From positions 1 to 28,569 of the forward strand of contig SCSR01000092.1 of assembly GCA_004297575.1 (NCBI GenBank): a stretch of 28,569 nucleotides of DNA, given 5' to 3'. Each line of letters opens with the position of its first letter. Position 1 is the first letter of the stretch. The notes beneath the pieces were generated by a model. The model saw only the letters and a list, made by a program, of their open reading frames with translations. It searched no databases and had not been told where the DNA came from. The position numbers and the translations under genes were made by a program. The DNA is from an archaeon. GTDB lineage: Archaea > Aenigmatarchaeota > Aenigmatarchaeia > CG10238-14 > SCSR01. Below are positions 16,359 to 24,174 of the stretch, piece after piece.

Positions 16359-17579
16359 ATGAAATTCCCGCTTGAGATATTTGAAGACCAGAAGAACAAG
16401 GACAAACTTGAAGAATTGCTAAAGGAAGGATTGTGCGATAATTGTCTGGGCAGGCAGTTCGGCATGCTCGGGCACGGGATGACAAACAAGGAACGCGGCG
16501 AGATACTGAGAGAGTTTGCTGGCAAGAAGGAATCAGAAACGTGTAAGCTGTGCGGCAATTTTTTCAAGGGACAGATAGACAAGGTTGCAAACGATATTTC
16601 TAAAAAGCTGGGCGGGATGGAATACGAGACATTCCTGATAGGGTCGATACCTTCGGATGAAGTCGCGAGAAAGCAGGATGAATTGTGGGAAAAGTTTGGG
16701 ATAGACAACGTAGAACCGATCAAGGCTGAGATAAACCGTGAGGTCGGCAAGAGAGTCGAAAAGCTGGCTGGGAAAAGTTTTAGTTTGAAGAATCCTGACG
16801 TGACTGCCGTCATTGACATGAAGAAGAACGAGCTGAGGCTGATGGTGAGGAGCCTGTTTGTCGGCGGAGGTTACAAGAAACTGGTGCGCGGCATCCCCCA
16901 GTCGAAATGGGTGTGCCTCAAATGCGGTGGGAAAGGTTGTGTCAACTGTGAAGGCATGGGACAACTGTATCCGACATCTGTGCAGGAGATTGCTGAAAAG
17001 CCGTTGTTGAAGGCGACAGGTGCGAAGAAATCCAAGTTCTCTGCTGCTGGCAGGGAAGACATCGATGCGAGGTGCCTTGACTGGAGACCGTTCGTGCTGG
17101 AGCTTATCAGGCCGCTGAAGAGGAAGATTGATTTGAAGAAACTGGAAAAGCAGGTCAACAAGTCGAAGAAGGTACAGGTGAAGGGGCTGAAGGTAGTGGC
17201 AGACAAGGGTGTTGTGAGGAATCTTAAAGCGACGAAAGCGGACAAGACATACCTGGCTGAAGTCAAGTTTGCAAATAAGGTTGACCTGAAGAAGCTGAAG
17301 GAGATACGCAAGTTCACCAAAGAGCCGATTTTGCAAAAGACACCGATACGCGTAGTTCACAGGAGGGCGGACATTTGCAGGAAGCGCGCTGTGAGAAGCA
17401 TCACTTATCAGGTAGTAGACGACAAGACCGTAATGTTCAAGATTCGCGGCGAGTCGGGATTGTACATCAAGGAACTCATATATGGGGACGAAGGCAGGAC
17501 TACGCCTAACGTCGCAGCCGTGATAGGCAATAAAGTTAAAAAGATAAGCTTAGATGTAATCAAAATCTGGACGAAATAA
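16359..17579 (+). CDS. pus10: tRNA pseudouridine(54/55) synthase Pus10
   Basis: LCDNCLGRQF zinc site, GGYKKLVRGIPQSKW, catalytic AGREDIDAR, QKTPIRVVHRRAD, GLYIKELI.G. Confidence 0.96.
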   Translation: MKFPLEIFEDQKNKDKLEELLKEGLCDNCLGRQFGMLGHGMTNKERGEILREFAGKKESETCKLCGNFFKGQIDKVANDISKKLGGMEYETFLIGSIPSDEVARKQDELWEKFGIDNVEPIKAEINREVGKRVEKLAGKSFSLKNPDVTAVIDMKKNELRLMVRSLFVGGGYKKLVRGIPQSKWVCLKCGGKGCVNCEGMGQLYPTSVQEIAEKPLLKATGAKKSKFSAAGREDIDARCLDWRPFVLELIRPLKRKIDLKKLEKQVNKSKKVQVKGLKVVADKGVVRNLKATKADKTYLAEVKFANKVDLKKLKEIRKFTKEPILQKTPIRVVHRRADICRKRAVRSITYQVVDDKTVMFKIRGESGLYIKELIYGDEGRTTPNVAAVIGNKVKKISLDVIKIWTK

Positions 17580-17580
17580 T

Positions 17581-18141
17581 TTATTTGTGGTTCTGCAATC
17601 TTTCAAGACTTTGTATAGCAGTAGGATGGTTTGGATTATTCTGCAACTCTTTCTTGTACTCTCCTATAGCGGATTCTGGTTCTCCACGTCCCTCATAAAC
17701 CTCCCCTAAATTATTGTGCACGAAGACCCTTTTAGGATTGAAATATAAAGCTTGCTCGAGGCATAGTTTTGACCTATTGTAATCACCAAACCTCAAATAA
17801 CAAAAACCAAGATTGTTGTATAATGTACTCAATAAATCGTGAAACTTACGCTGATTTTCAAATTGTTCAACAGCATCTCTAACTTTCTCAAGCTCAATAA
17901 TAGCTTCTCTGTATTTACCCACAAGACAAAGCTCCTGGCCTACCCTGCTATGTTTCTCAACGTATCCCTGTATGTTTGCCTTTCTTTCAAGAGCTTCGCT
18001 AACTCTTAAAGATGAGGTCACTTCATTCAAATCGTCAGATATAATGTAAACTTCTTTCTGTGCTGTGTTAATGAGGTTAGCCATAATTTCTTGCTTTTCA
18101 GCATTCACAATTTCAGACGGCATCTCATAATCTTTCAACAC
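17581..18141 (-). CDS. Tetratricopeptide-repeat protein, hypothetical
   Basis: TPR consensus in LYNNLGFCYLRFGDYNRSKLCLEQALYFNP and VHNNLGEVYEGRGEPESAIGEYKKEL; low GC. Start may be the ATG at 18123. Confidence 0.8.
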   Translation of the reverse strand: MLKDYEMPSEIVNAEKQEIMANLINTAQKEVYIISDDLNEVTSSLRVSEALERKANIQGYVEKHSRVGQELCLVGKYREAIIELEKVRDAVEQFENQRKFHDLLSTLYNNLGFCYLRFGDYNRSKLCLEQALYFNPKRVFVHNNLGEVYEGRGEPESAIGEYKKELQNNPNHPTAIQSLERLQNHK

Positions 18142-18246
18142 AATTATTTATTGGATAGTAAAGTTAAAATATTCGCCAAATCAATCTTTGGTCCAAAATG
18201 TAAGATATTTAAGACTAGATGATGTAATTCAGGTAATAGTGATTTG

Positions 18247-18537
18247 ATGACACATCCATCGAAAGGTTTCAGAAGCAGGACAAGGAAGAAGTTCGAGCAG
18301 CCTGCAGGTTACAGGCCTCCTATAACCAAGTTCCTGCAGCAATTCACAATAGGTCAGAACGTGGTCATCATGCAGGAAGCATCCAGCCAAAGGGGAATGC
18401 CGTTCCCTCGTTTCAAGGGCAAGATGGGCAAGGTTGTACAGAAGAGGGGCAGGAGCTATGTGGTGGAATTGATGGATGGCAGGATGATGAAGCATGTCAT
18501 TGCAAGACCTGAGCATTTGAAGCTGTTAAAGGCTTAA
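18247..18537 (+). CDS. rpl21e: 50S ribosomal protein L21e
   Basis: SKGFRSRTRKKF, GMPFPRFKGKMGKVV, RPEHLK. Confidence 0.97.
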   Translation: MTHPSKGFRSRTRKKFEQPAGYRPPITKFLQQFTIGQNVVIMQEASSQRGMPFPRFKGKMGKVVQKRGRSYVVELMDGRMMKHVIARPEHLKLLKA

Positions 18538-18549
18538 ATCAATTGGTTT

Positions 18550-18780
18550 CTAGATGTGTTTGTTTCTAGGTCCGGTATAACCTATTCCGAATGCTTTCGC
18601 CATTCTCAAATCGAATTCTGCTAGCCTTTGGTTGTAAGTATCTGCTAGCTTTTTGCGGCCTATCTTCCATACTGCAGGGTCATCAGCCGGGCCTAAATAT
18701 TCCTCTATTCTTTCATTTTCTCGGTAGTATTGGAAATAAAGATAGGTGCGACCGCTTACCTCTTTTTCAACTACACTCAT
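18550..18780 (-). CDS. Small putative beta-sheet DNA-binding protein, hypothetical
   Basis: EKEVSGRTYLYFQYY...RIEEYLGP matches the KxIxGxxYxY...xYLG pattern seen in small archaeal virus/plasmid proteins (recognition by eye). Confidence 0.6.
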   Translation of the reverse strand: MSVVEKEVSGRTYLYFQYYRENERIEEYLGPADDPAVWKIGRKKLADTYNQRLAEFDLRMAKAFGIGYTGPRNKHI

Positions 18781-18853
18781 GAAAATCCTTAGTTAATCTC
18801 AAACTGTTAAAGACTTAAATACAGCCATTTTATAAGAGTATACAGGCGATTTT

Positions 18854-19177
18854 ATGAATATCATATCAGAGCAGAATATCACAGATGCAGAGGCAAAGGA
18901 CATACTTGAAGCCCGAGAGAAAGAGGGCGAGATGAAGTATGAGCAGAACAATGCAGTCGAAGTGCTGAGGAAATTCGCCACTTATCCTAGCGACAAGGTC
19001 AAGGTGTTGGTCGCAGAACTGATGAAGATAGAAAAGTTGAGGGACAAGCAGATTATCACTATAGCCAACATACTTCCTGAGGATAAGGACGACCTGAGGG
19101 CGATACTGCAGAAGGAATACACGAATTTTACAGAAGATGAGACAAACCTTATTCTAGAGACTGTACGCAAGATCTGA
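18854..19177 (+). CDS. rpo4: DNA-directed RNA polymerase subunit Rpo4 (F)
   Basis: MKYEQNNAVEVLRKF, IANILPEDKDDLRAIL; conserved position between rpl21e and DUF655. Confidence 0.93.
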   Translation: MNIISEQNITDAEAKDILEAREKEGEMKYEQNNAVEVLRKFATYPSDKVKVLVAELMKIEKLRDKQIITIANILPEDKDDLRAILQKEYTNFTEDETNLILETVRKI

Positions 19178-19187
19178 GGGTGAACCC

Positions 19188-19739
19188 ATGGTAGCAAAAG
19201 ACGATTATATCACAGTATTAGATTTTCTCCCGAGAGGAAAGCCTAGCGACAGGAGAGCAGAGCCTGTTGCGCAGGGTGTGGGGGACAAGTTCTTCAATCT
19301 CTTGGAAGTGGCGATAAAGGAAGGGCTGAGCATCAAGACCAAACAGAGGATATACATCGGCAGCGACAAGAGAGAGGAAGTTGCTTACATACGCGAGAGG
19401 ATAACATACAGCGGATTGACCAGTTATGCAAAGGAGATGCTGGAAGAAGTGGTGACTGAATCGATAAACGCTGATGAGAAGAGATTCGTGGACATTTTCA
19501 ACAAGGCTGGGTCGGTGACGACTAGGATGCACTCGCTGGAACTGTTACCAGGAATAGGAAAGAAGCACTTGTTCGCGATACTTGCTGAAAGAAGGAAAAA
19601 ACCGTTCGAGAATTTCATAGACTTGCACGCGCGTGTGCCTATGATGTCTGATGCGAAGAAGATGATAGTCAAGAGAATCATCGAGGAATTGCAGGAAAAG
19701 GACAGGCACAGGTTGTTTGTTGCAGCAGATATTGTCTAA
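19188..19739 (+). CDS. DUF655 family putative RNA-binding protein
   Basis: VLDFLPRG, AQGVGDKFFNLLE, TTRMHSLELLPGIGKK HhH, RIIEEL; GAGGGTGA SD-like motif upstream. Confidence 0.93.
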   Translation: MVAKDDYITVLDFLPRGKPSDRRAEPVAQGVGDKFFNLLEVAIKEGLSIKTKQRIYIGSDKREEVAYIRERITYSGLTSYAKEMLEEVVTESINADEKRFVDIFNKAGSVTTRMHSLELLPGIGKKHLFAILAERRKKPFENFIDLHARVPMMSDAKKMIVKRIIEELQEKDRHRLFVAADIV

Positions 19740-19936
19740 AGTTTCTTCTTCATTGCTATTGTGACTGATATCCAGAATATCCCGCCGATAAGGTATAGCA
19801 ACAGCGAAATCATTGCCCTCACAGCCGCGTCATATCCCTGGTAGTTCTGTATCGCGCCGGCTGTCATGGTTCCCAGAAGCAATGTGATTGCGCCCAGAAC
19901 CCAGAATGTCGGAATCTTCCAACCCCACTTGGCCAT
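19736..19936 (-). CDS. Small two-helix membrane protein, hypothetical
   Basis: Two hydrophobic segments and basic tail; stop overlaps the DUF655 stop (CTAA). Confidence 0.65.
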   Translation of the reverse strand: MAKWGWKIPTFWVLGAITLLLGTMTAGAIQNYQGYDAAVRAMISLLLYLIGGIFWISVTIAMKKKL

Positions 19937-19960
19937 AAGAATAATTTCGTTTGTAGTAGC

Positions 19961-20314
19961 TTAAAAGTTAGGATTATTGACTGAATTCATTCTTTCTTTT
20001 GTTTTTTCGAAGTATGATATGTCGTTCTTCAAAGTTGTTGGGAGTCGTAAAATAAGCTTATCATAATCGTCCAAAAATCTTAAACCTAGCGGTGTAGTAT
20101 AATATTTCATTGCTCCGTCTGTTGTCTCCGGTTTAAGCATGCCATCTTTGACAAGAGATTCTAACGTACTTGCTGTTTTTTTCCACTCTAGCCTAGCCCG
20201 ATACATTATCTGTGTTGGACCTTGTCCGCCTATGGCAGCTGCCATGATATCTACTGCTCTTTGCAAATCTGTTCTTGTAAACTTCTCATCTAGTTTTGTA
20301 TACCCAGCGCACAT
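19961..20314 (-). CDS. Winged-helix transcription regulator (COG3432/HTH_45-like)
   Basis: RTDLQRAVDIM...GPTQIMYRARLEWKK...LESLVKDGML...YYTTPLGLRFL; low GC. Confidence 0.8.
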   Translation of the reverse strand: MCAGYTKLDEKFTRTDLQRAVDIMAAAIGGQGPTQIMYRARLEWKKTASTLESLVKDGMLKPETTDGAMKYYTTPLGLRFLDDYDKLILRLPTTLKNDISYFEKTKERMNSVNNPNF

Positions 20315-20345
20315 ACCAATTTATTCCACAGTTAAGGATAAGACA

Positions 20346-20603
20346 TTACATGCTTCTGTTTATCTCGACAATCTCTACTTCGCCGACGCCACTCACAGAA
20401 CGGATGGCATTCTCAGTGCTTTCCATCGCGCCTTCTTCCTCTTCGACCAGCTTGGTTACTATTAATGACACGATTCCAAAAGCGACAGGCTCCTGTGCAA
20501 TCTTCTGAGGAGCGATTTTCTGCTTTACTTCAGCTTCGATGGCATTAATGTCGACATCCCCGCCGGAAGGCATGACCTTGAACGTGACGATGACTTTACC
20601 CAC
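20346..20603 (-). CDS. ef1b: Translation elongation factor 1-beta
   Basis: GKVIVTFKVMP...EPVAFGIVSL...VSGVGEVE; start placed at the GTG at 20603, just after the zinc-finger stop. Confidence 0.95.
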   Translation of the reverse strand: MGKVIVTFKVMPSGGDVDINAIEAEVKQKIAPQKIAQEPVAFGIVSLIVTKLVEEEEGAMESTENAIRSVSGVGEVEIVEINRSM

Positions 20604-20608
20604 AGGAA

Positions 20609-20770
20609 TCACGGACCTTGGAAGGCGCAACCGCTGCACGAGTACTTGGCGTTCCTCTGCTTGCATTCCAGGCACCTTACTATCTCTACCTGTCCGCAGT
20701 CAGGGCAGTTGAACCTGACAAAGTTCTTCTTGGCAAGCACGTCTGTGTTGCATGTTGTGCATTTCATCAT
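20609..20770 (-). CDS. Zinc-finger protein, DUF1610/HVO_2753-like
   Basis: Not in the ORF track; hand translation MMKCTTCNTDVLAKKNFVRFNCPDCGQVEIVRCLECKQRNAKYSCSGCAFQGP (four CxxC, ends F.GP); conserved position upstream of EF-1beta. Confidence 0.92.
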   Translation of the reverse strand: MMKCTTCNTDVLAKKNFVRFNCPDCGQVEIVRCLECKQRNAKYSCSGCAFQGP

Positions 20771-20815
20771 ATCACGATTAAATAAGTGTGGTGAGTATAG
20801 TTTTTATAGCTATCT

Positions 20816-20889
20816 GCCCCTGTGGTGTAACTTGGATAGCACGAAAGCTTGCGGAGCTTTAAATCCGTGTTCAAATCACGGCGGGGGCA
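20816..20889 (+). tRNA. tRNA-Arg(GCG)
   Basis: Acceptor GCCCCTG/CGGGGGC + A73; anticodon arm AAAGC-TTGCGGA-GCTTT; T arm CCGTG-TTCAAAT-CACGG; no intron, CCA not encoded. Confidence 0.94.
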
Positions 20890-21080
20890 TCCGTACTTTG
20901 CAGTAATGCCATGCATTGAAATTTAAAAGCAGTTTGATAAGAAATTGGCCATTTTTGGCGGGAGCTTTGTGGTAGTGATGTGTTTCCCCAAGACATTTAG
21001 GTAACAATCAATATCTGAGACAATTAAACATTTTTCATCATTTTATAAGCAATTTATAGATGTGTAGCAGAATATGAAAC

Positions 21081-21923
21081 ATGGAACTATTCTCAGAAAG
21101 AATGGGCATAACTCCGAAGCAACCTATACAACTTGACTATATCGATAACGATCTGAAAAATAGGCTTTGGAATGCTCTTCACGAATGTTATCTGAAAGAA
21201 GGAGGAGATTTGAACGATTATAGCCGTAGTGATGCAAAATTTCATCAGATAGTTACTACACTTTGGAACGAATTTTTTAAAGAGCCCCTTAATGTGGTGG
21301 AAAAAAATTCTAGTGCTAGAAACTATGAACTAATAATGGATAGATTTTACGGACTGGATTGGTATAGAATTTACGATATCCTAGATTATATTGCTGCGAT
21401 GTTTCCAAAGGTAAAATTCGTTGAAACATGTAATGCGATTTTGGAAGAGGAAAACTCTGGATATAGATTTGTTGCAGACAAACTTGCCCCAATAACAGAC
21501 AAGATGGAAATAACAGAAATAGAGGATGCTATAGATTCATCACCAGGACCAATCAAAACACACATCAACAAGGCAGTAGAATTTCTCTCAAAGAAGCCAA
21601 AACCAGACTATCCGAATTCGATAAAAGAATCAATTAGTGCGGTCGAATCTATCTGCACGATTATTGCAAAAAAGGATAAAGCATTACTTTCTGATGCACT
21701 TCATGAAATTGATAAACATATAGAAATACATCCAAGTTTGAAGATCGCTTTCGAGAAGATATATGCATACACTAACAATGAAGGTGGTATAAGACATGCA
21801 TTAATAGAACAGAACGACAAAGTAGGTGCTGAGGATGCTCGATACTTGTTGACTTCCTGTTCTGCTTTCATAAACTATCTCATCGTTAAGTGTTCAAAAG
21901 CCAAAATAGATTTGAAAATATAA
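21081..21923 (+). CDS. AbiJ-NTD4-like domain protein with HEPN-like C-terminus (abortive-infection-type defence candidate)
   Basis: FSERMG...IQLDYIDNDLKNRLWN N-terminus; SIKESISAVE and YTNNEGGIRHA C-terminal motifs typical of this family; low GC. Confidence 0.75.
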   Translation: MELFSERMGITPKQPIQLDYIDNDLKNRLWNALHECYLKEGGDLNDYSRSDAKFHQIVTTLWNEFFKEPLNVVEKNSSARNYELIMDRFYGLDWYRIYDILDYIAAMFPKVKFVETCNAILEEENSGYRFVADKLAPITDKMEITEIEDAIDSSPGPIKTHINKAVEFLSKKPKPDYPNSIKESISAVESICTIIAKKDKALLSDALHEIDKHIEIHPSLKIAFEKIYAYTNNEGGIRHALIEQNDKVGAEDARYLLTSCSAFINYLIVKCSKAKIDLKI

Positions 21924-21948
21924 TTCAATCAAACGCGTTGAATTATAT
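21918..21948. terminator. Hairpin between convergent AbiJ-like and Shedu genes
   Basis: ATATAATTCAA (21918-21928) and TTGAATTATAT (21938-21948) form an 11-bp perfect stem with a 9-nt loop. Confidence 0.45.
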
Positions 21949-21951
21949 ATG

Positions 21952-22929
21952 TTACACAACTTTCATTTTCTCCAAATTACTAACCGTAACCTTAAACTTA
22001 TCTAGAACTTGAGAGTATGTAATTATTTCTATTCTTATAGCATGACTCCATTTGTTAACGAACGATTTAGTCTTTTCATCAGTTTTGAAGCCGAATACAA
22101 GAATGCCTTTCGGATAGAATTCATGTATTCCATATTTTTTGCTAGTTCTTGTCGAGCTGGCCGTATCTATCACATCATCAAAATAATTGAGCATCTGATC
22201 TAAAGCTTTAGCAAAATCTGAACTTATCTCACCATCTTTAGTTACAAATTCTGCATCTACTCTTTTCAGCTCTATTATCTCCTCGGATCCATCAAATCTC
22301 TTTAGATAGAAATCATATCTATCCATACTGTTCCATTTCTGTGGTTTGAAATCAGTGTAGTACAAACCCAAAAACCAAGAATGTTCCTCTAAAAACGCCT
22401 GTAAGTCTTCTTCTTTCTTTTTGTTTTTTTCAAAATCATTTATTAATGTCTCAAAATATTCGATTTGTTTTTTATATTCATCTATCCTTTGAAAAAAATC
22501 ATTATCCCTTTGTTTTCGGAATTCGTCCTCTCTCTTTGAGAGTTCAATTTTGAGTTTCTCTATAGTTTGTTCAGCTTTTTCTAGCTCAATTTCTTTTACT
22601 TTAAGTTCCTCTGACAATGCTTCCGTAGGTTGGCTTCTTATTCCATTTAGATCTTTTGCGTCAATATTATATTTCTGAGCCCATCTAAAAAAACTTTTTA
22701 CTAATCCTATGACATCCTTTACACCTAGAAGAAACGAATCTTTTGAGAAATACCATTTACCACTTTTTGTTGCATTAGATCTACTTAATCGTATGAATTT
22801 CTCTCCATTAGATTTTGTCTCATATATCTGTGCATGGGTTCTAGAAGGATTACCGCGTGCATCGATTCTCTCATTTAAAATAGTCTCATCTAGCTTTTTA
22901 CTTTTTTTATCATCACCACCTGTTTCCAT
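21952..22929 (-). CDS. sduA: Shedu anti-phage nuclease SduA (DUF4263)
   Basis: EEDLQAFLEEHSWFLG, YDF...IIELKR (PD-(D/E)xK), ALDQMLNY (QxxxY), PKGILVFG, IEIITYSQVL; preceded by a coiled coil and an N-terminal beta-rich domain. Confidence 0.82.
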   Translation of the reverse strand: METGGDDKKSKKLDETILNERIDARGNPSRTHAQIYETKSNGEKFIRLSRSNATKSGKWYFSKDSFLLGVKDVIGLVKSFFRWAQKYNIDAKDLNGIRSQPTEALSEELKVKEIELEKAEQTIEKLKIELSKREDEFRKQRDNDFFQRIDEYKKQIEYFETLINDFEKNKKKEEDLQAFLEEHSWFLGLYYTDFKPQKWNSMDRYDFYLKRFDGSEEIIELKRVDAEFVTKDGEISSDFAKALDQMLNYFDDVIDTASSTRTSKKYGIHEFYPKGILVFGFKTDEKTKSFVNKWSHAIRIEIITYSQVLDKFKVTVSNLEKMKVV

Positions 22930-23101
22930 ACATAGAAACTGATATTTTCAATTATTAAGTTTAATTTTACGCGTAAACACAATTCCGCTAAAACAGCTAA
23001 CTATTTCTGCATGAACGCACAATATATCATTAACTTTGATGCAAAATCTCTCCAAGTATCTATAGCATTTTAGGATTGCGCTTCTGGGCATATTGTAAAT
23101 T

Positions 23102-23596
23102 TTAGCACGTTTCTTCATTGGTTAGAGTCTTGGACTCGAAATAAATGCCTACATATTTACAACATCTCTGCATGTTGTTATTAAAGCATGGTATGGAAAA
23201 AAATAAGAAATTAAATTGACATGTTTCTGTCAATTTAATAGAAGCTACTTCGGTTCTGATATCTTCATAGAAATTAGGTTCGAATTTATATGATGTTATC
23301 TCGTCAGGTTGAACTATATACCCCACCGAGGAAATATTATTTATAATTCTATTGTCAGAAACAAAAGATATATTATTGCCTTCGAATGAAATTTCGACAT
23401 TTGCAGGTATTTTTCCGACATTCTTTATATTTACTTGAGATTTTTGACCTGTTATAATTATCGATGGACACGCTTGATTTTGAGTATTAGGCTGTACGAC
23501 CCAAACTATAGTTGGTACGGAATAATAAGCAGCTGTAATTATACCAATAATAGTCAATATACCAATTATAATTCCTATATTTTTTCCAATGTTCAT
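23102..23596 (-). CDS. Membrane-anchored beta-rich protein, hypothetical
   Basis: One N-terminal TM helix (IGIIIGILTIIGIITAAYY) then a beta-rich, Cys-containing domain; start at the ATG at 23596 preferred over 23668, which would overlap the neighbour. Confidence 0.6.
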   Translation of the reverse strand: MNIGKNIGIIIGILTIIGIITAAYYSVPTIVWVVQPNTQNQACPSIIITGQKSQVNIKNVGKIPANVEISFEGNNISFVSDNRIINNISSVGYIVQPDEITSYKFEPNFYEDIRTEVASIKLTETCQFNFLFFSIPCFNNNMQRCCKYVGIYFESKTLTNEETC

Positions 23597-23656
23597 ATAC
23601 CATAATTGACGTACATTTATATTTATTCTCAGTAATCTCATCAGGGCAGATAATTT

Positions 23657-24169
23657 ATGATAATACAATTATTCGATACTATAGCTGGAGGGATTTTTGT
23701 TATGATAGGATTGACGTTATTCTTTTACAAGAAAGCGTTATTTGAAACTCAAGTTTTATTAATTTTAGGTGTATTGAGTTTACTTGTTGTTTCACCACAA
23801 TATGGTATAAACAAGATAAATGAGAATTTCAAAATAATAGATCTTCTTACAATTGGTTCAATTGCTATGGTACTTGGTACATTTTTGTACGAAAGACATC
23901 ATGATGAGATACAATACTTCTTGGGTTTGTGTGTATTGAGTGCTGTATTTTTATTTTCTGCTGGACTAATTATGACTTTGCCTGTCATTTTTCAATCTAA
24001 CTCAACAAACATAACTTTGGAATATATAAAAACATTCATGCAAACATACATCAAAACATCTTTTATTTTTGTGGGAATTGTAGATTTGTTATTTTCTGCA
24101 GGCGGTCTAGCATATTTGGTTGATAAAAGATTTAGATTGTCTAAATCTTCTATATCATATATAGGATAA
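23657..24169 (+). CDS. Multi-pass membrane protein, hypothetical
   Basis: About five hydrophobic segments; very low GC (about 27% in a spot count). Confidence 0.6.
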   Translation: MIIQLFDTIAGGIFVMIGLTLFFYKKALFETQVLLILGVLSLLVVSPQYGINKINENFKIIDLLTIGSIAMVLGTFLYERHHDEIQYFLGLCVLSAVFLFSAGLIMTLPVIFQSNSTNITLEYIKTFMQTYIKTSFIFVGIVDLLFSAGGLAYLVDKRFRLSKSSISYIG

Positions 24170-24174
24170 CAATT

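Noticed and set aside
20604-20675. N-terminal extension of EF-1beta in the ORF track
   Set aside because: It overlaps the zinc-finger gene in another frame; the GTG at 20603 gives the usual length.
7328-20889. Integrated elements bounded by duplicated tRNA 3' ends (attL/attR) at tRNA-Pro or tRNA-Arg
   Set aside because: No second copy of either tRNA 3' end and no integrase were found by eye; a BLAST of the contig would be needed to exclude degenerate copies.
22930-23101. Possible gene remnant in the 170-bp gap upstream of Shedu
   Set aside because: Only short, stop-interrupted frames with no recognisable motif; cannot be supported without a translated search.
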